The notes below the pieces were generated by a model. The model ran no database searches and had not been told where the DNA came from. It saw nothing but the letters and a program-made list of their open reading frames with translations. This document shows positions 61,413 to 64,000 of a stretch of 64,000 bases of DNA, piece after piece. The stretch comes from Heptranchias perlo. Its lineage: Eukaryota. Position 1 is the stretch's first letter. Each line of letters opens with the position of its first letter. The translations under genes and the position numbers were made by a program. The stretch spans positions 3,906,001 through 3,970,000 of the forward strand of contig NC_090361.1 of the NCBI RefSeq assembly GCF_035084215.1, in the 5' to 3' direction.

Positions 61413-62960
61413 ATACTATGATATTTGGAGCTAGGTTGAGACTGTCCAAACTCATCTTCACACAGACAAGGTGAGAAAGCTTCATCACATCATCTGATCT
61501 AGATTCCAACTCAGGTTCGGGGAGATGACCATCCACTCAACCATCCAGCCCAAAATACTATTATCTTTCTTTCCTCACGTTGGCGGTGTAGTTGTTACGT
61601 GCATCACGTAAATTGATTATTCCAGTTCTTCTCATCTAACCTGCTCCTCAGGTTTTCCTGTGAAATGCTCCTGCTTAGAATCAACGTTACATCACAGAAA
61701 AGGTCTTCCTCATTCATGCCACCATAACATAACCCCAGATTCAATGACATTTAACCAAACCTAACTCAAAGGGGGGTAATCTTGACTTTGTGTGATAGTA
61801 TAGAACGAGTGATAGTGAGTCGGCAGCCCGTTCTACATCTCTCCCCATTTTGATTTCCGTGGACTTCAGTAGGCTTCCCAAATTTCCTTATGCCACGTGC
61901 ACCTGCAGTATTACTTATTTATTTACTTCTCGCATCAATTTTCTTTGGCATTTGCCCACAGCCAATCCCGATCTCGTCCAATGTCCAACAGGAGTCACTA
62001 GATGCCAGTCTGGAACAGGAACCCTGACTGATTGTGTCAAACGACCTGCTGTCCTGGTCCGAGATCATCTAAATCAACTGTAGTGGACACTCGACCCAAC
62101 CTGGGAGTTCCCTGGAAGGACCTCCGCCCGCTGTGCCAACCCCGCCATGACCCCAGCCCAATATCCTGGGTCAGGGGTCATTCTGTATCCATGGCAGATT
62201 CTCGGTGGGATTCCCACCAGTGGCCCTGCAGAGAATCCAGATGGTGCTGCACCTCCTGAAGGGTTTGGAGTGACGTTAAAGGTGGGGCGGGGGGGGGGGG
62301 GGGGTCACAGAGGACCCTGGAAAAATGGAGCGGCACAGCAACTGGAGACCTGGGCACAGACCGAGGCTTCCATCAGTAAAGCAATCGATGGAAGAGGAGG
62401 CCTCCAGTAGCCGCTCTGCTTCCATTGGCCAAATGCCGGGGCCAATTCCCATCCCCACCCCGGGCCTGTCACCACGGCTGTCCTGGGGAGCAGGAGGAGC
62501 AGGGACGGACGGGAGAGAAACAAAGCAGGAACCCAGCACTTGTTGGGTAAGGACTGGGCAGGAATGGTTCCGGGGGGTGGGGGAGGGCAATTCAGGTTGG
62601 AGCGGTGAGATAGTGGTTGGCCTCACTGCCCATGTTGTCCTCTTTAGATGCCACCACGCCACCCGGTTACGAGCAGGAGTAAAATTTAGTCCCAGGTCTT
62701 CAATACTTAACAGCAAACCACATAGTGAAGTTACCCACTAAGCAATTGGGGGGGGTGTTTATCAACACGGGCCATATAAAATGGGAAGCCATTATAGAGA
62801 AGCTGTTGTACATGGGTTCCATTTGAGTGATGGAACTATGAACAATGGATGTTGTATCAGAGCTTACGATGTATCAGCACTTTACTCAGTGACCACCTAA
62901 GGTGTCCGTGCATCGTTCTTTCTTTGACATACAGCTGCATCGTGTGTTTATTGTTTGCAG

Positions 62961-63171
62961 TTTGCCCTCCAATCATTCCTCGCTGTATGTGGGGAGCGAA
63001 GCCCTACAAGGGGACGCCCGTGACGCTGGCACTGCCCCTACGCTATGTCTACATCCACCATACGTACGAGCCAAGCCGACCCTGCACCAATTTCCAGGAC
63101 TGTGCAGCGGACATGAGGAGCATGCAACGCTTCCACCAGGACGATCGGCAATGGGATGACATCGGCTACAA
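62961..63171 (+). CDS. PGLYRP2: PGLYRP2 exon 3 (start of PGRP/amidase domain); gene continues beyond the window
   Basis: CPPIIPRCMWGAKPY...YVYIHHTYEP..PC..F..CAADMRSMQRFHQDDRQWDDIGY; retains the Zn-ligand His (IHHT) and catalytic Tyr (DIGY); 211 nt. Confidence 0.96.
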
Positions 63172-63299
63172 GTAAGGAGCCAACTTCCTTTATGTCCGGA
63201 GGAACTTTGCGTTCAGTGAGTTGAGGGATTGCTGTCGGGGAATGGAACAGTTGGCAGGACAAATGCCCCACTTCCACCCTTGCCCATTGAGTAGGGATT

Positions 63300-63567
63300 A
63301 CATAGAATGCACAACACAGAAACAGGCCATTCAGCCCAACTGGTCTATGCTGGTGTTTATGCTCCACACGAGCTTCCTCCCTCCCCTCTTCATCTCACCC
63401 TATCAGCATATCCTTCCATTCCTTTCTCCCTCATGTGTTTATCGAGCTTCCCCTTAAATGCATCTATGCTAGTCACCTCAACTACTCCTTGTGGTAGCGA
63501 GTTCCACATTCTCACCACTCTCTGGGTAAAGGAGTTTCTCCTGAATTCCCTATTGGATTTATTAGTG
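63300..63567 (-). mobile_element. CR1 LINE 3' fragment
   Basis: Same family as 4575-4880 and 28190-28650, in reverse orientation. Confidence 0.8.
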
Positions 63568-64000
63568 AGTATACTGGAGTATTATAAAAAAAAAACAGAC
63601 CGCAATTTGGAACAAGATGGCAGAGAGGACAGGTGGATGGCTGGAGTAGGAAGTGGGAAACATTTATATGGGTGCAACAGAACAGAGACTAGGTATTCGG
63701 AAGTTGTTGAGGTGGAGTGTAGAGATGCTACTCTGCATTTGGGCGCGCTGCATCTGACCTGGGTATGATTAATTCTGACAAGGGGAAGGGCAGAGTGTCC
63801 AAAGTGGAAAAGTATCCCGTTTTGCACGGTGATATTCCTCACAATAATTCAATGCCCGCCCCACACCGAGAAAGCAAAAAGAAAGCAATTTGTTAACACA
63901 GGAGCTTCACACTGAAACATTAGAGCTAAAATTAATATGAAAAACTTGAGAGAGAATTGAAAGTGTATCATCAAAACCCCTTCAGTAAATTACTCCCTGA

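Noticed and set aside
62276-62741. GC-rich ORFs of 138-146 aa in PGLYRP2 intron 2
   Set aside because: Low-complexity translations; the AAATTTAGTCCC end suggests a decayed non-autonomous DNA element, but I could not define both termini.

Overview
Vertebrate genomic DNA, most likely a shark or other cartilaginous fish judging from the repeat content (CR1 LINEs with (ATTCTATG)n tails, L2 3' ends, DeuSINE/SacSINE-type tRNA SINEs, Penelope-like elements). Three genes are present. (1) Exon 1 and the CpG-island promoter of PGLS (minus strand, left end). (2) A complete 12-coding-exon SLC27A1/FATP1 gene (minus strand, CDS 44540->14337; exons sum to 1941 nt = 646 aa + stop; CpG-island promoter near 51.7 kb). 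(3) The first three exons of PGLYRP2 (plus strand, from 57938), head-to-head with SLC27A1 and separated from it by a young 3.85-kb CR1 insertion. The most notable non-genic signal is a set of minimal hammerhead-ribozyme motifs in two Penelope-like retroelement families, including a perfect 88-bp inverted repeat downstream of the SLC27A1 stop. Also seen: an intronic PPRE/DR1 cluster, an inverted pair of ZNF143/THAP11-type motifs, a 10-box CCAAT array, minisatellites just downstream of both CpG-island first exons, and a UAAC cluster upstream of the first coding exon. Exon boundaries were read by hand; repeat boundaries are approximate; comparisons to human proteins and repeat consensi are from memory. 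I found no clear wholly new system; the ribozyme-bearing palindromes are the best lead.
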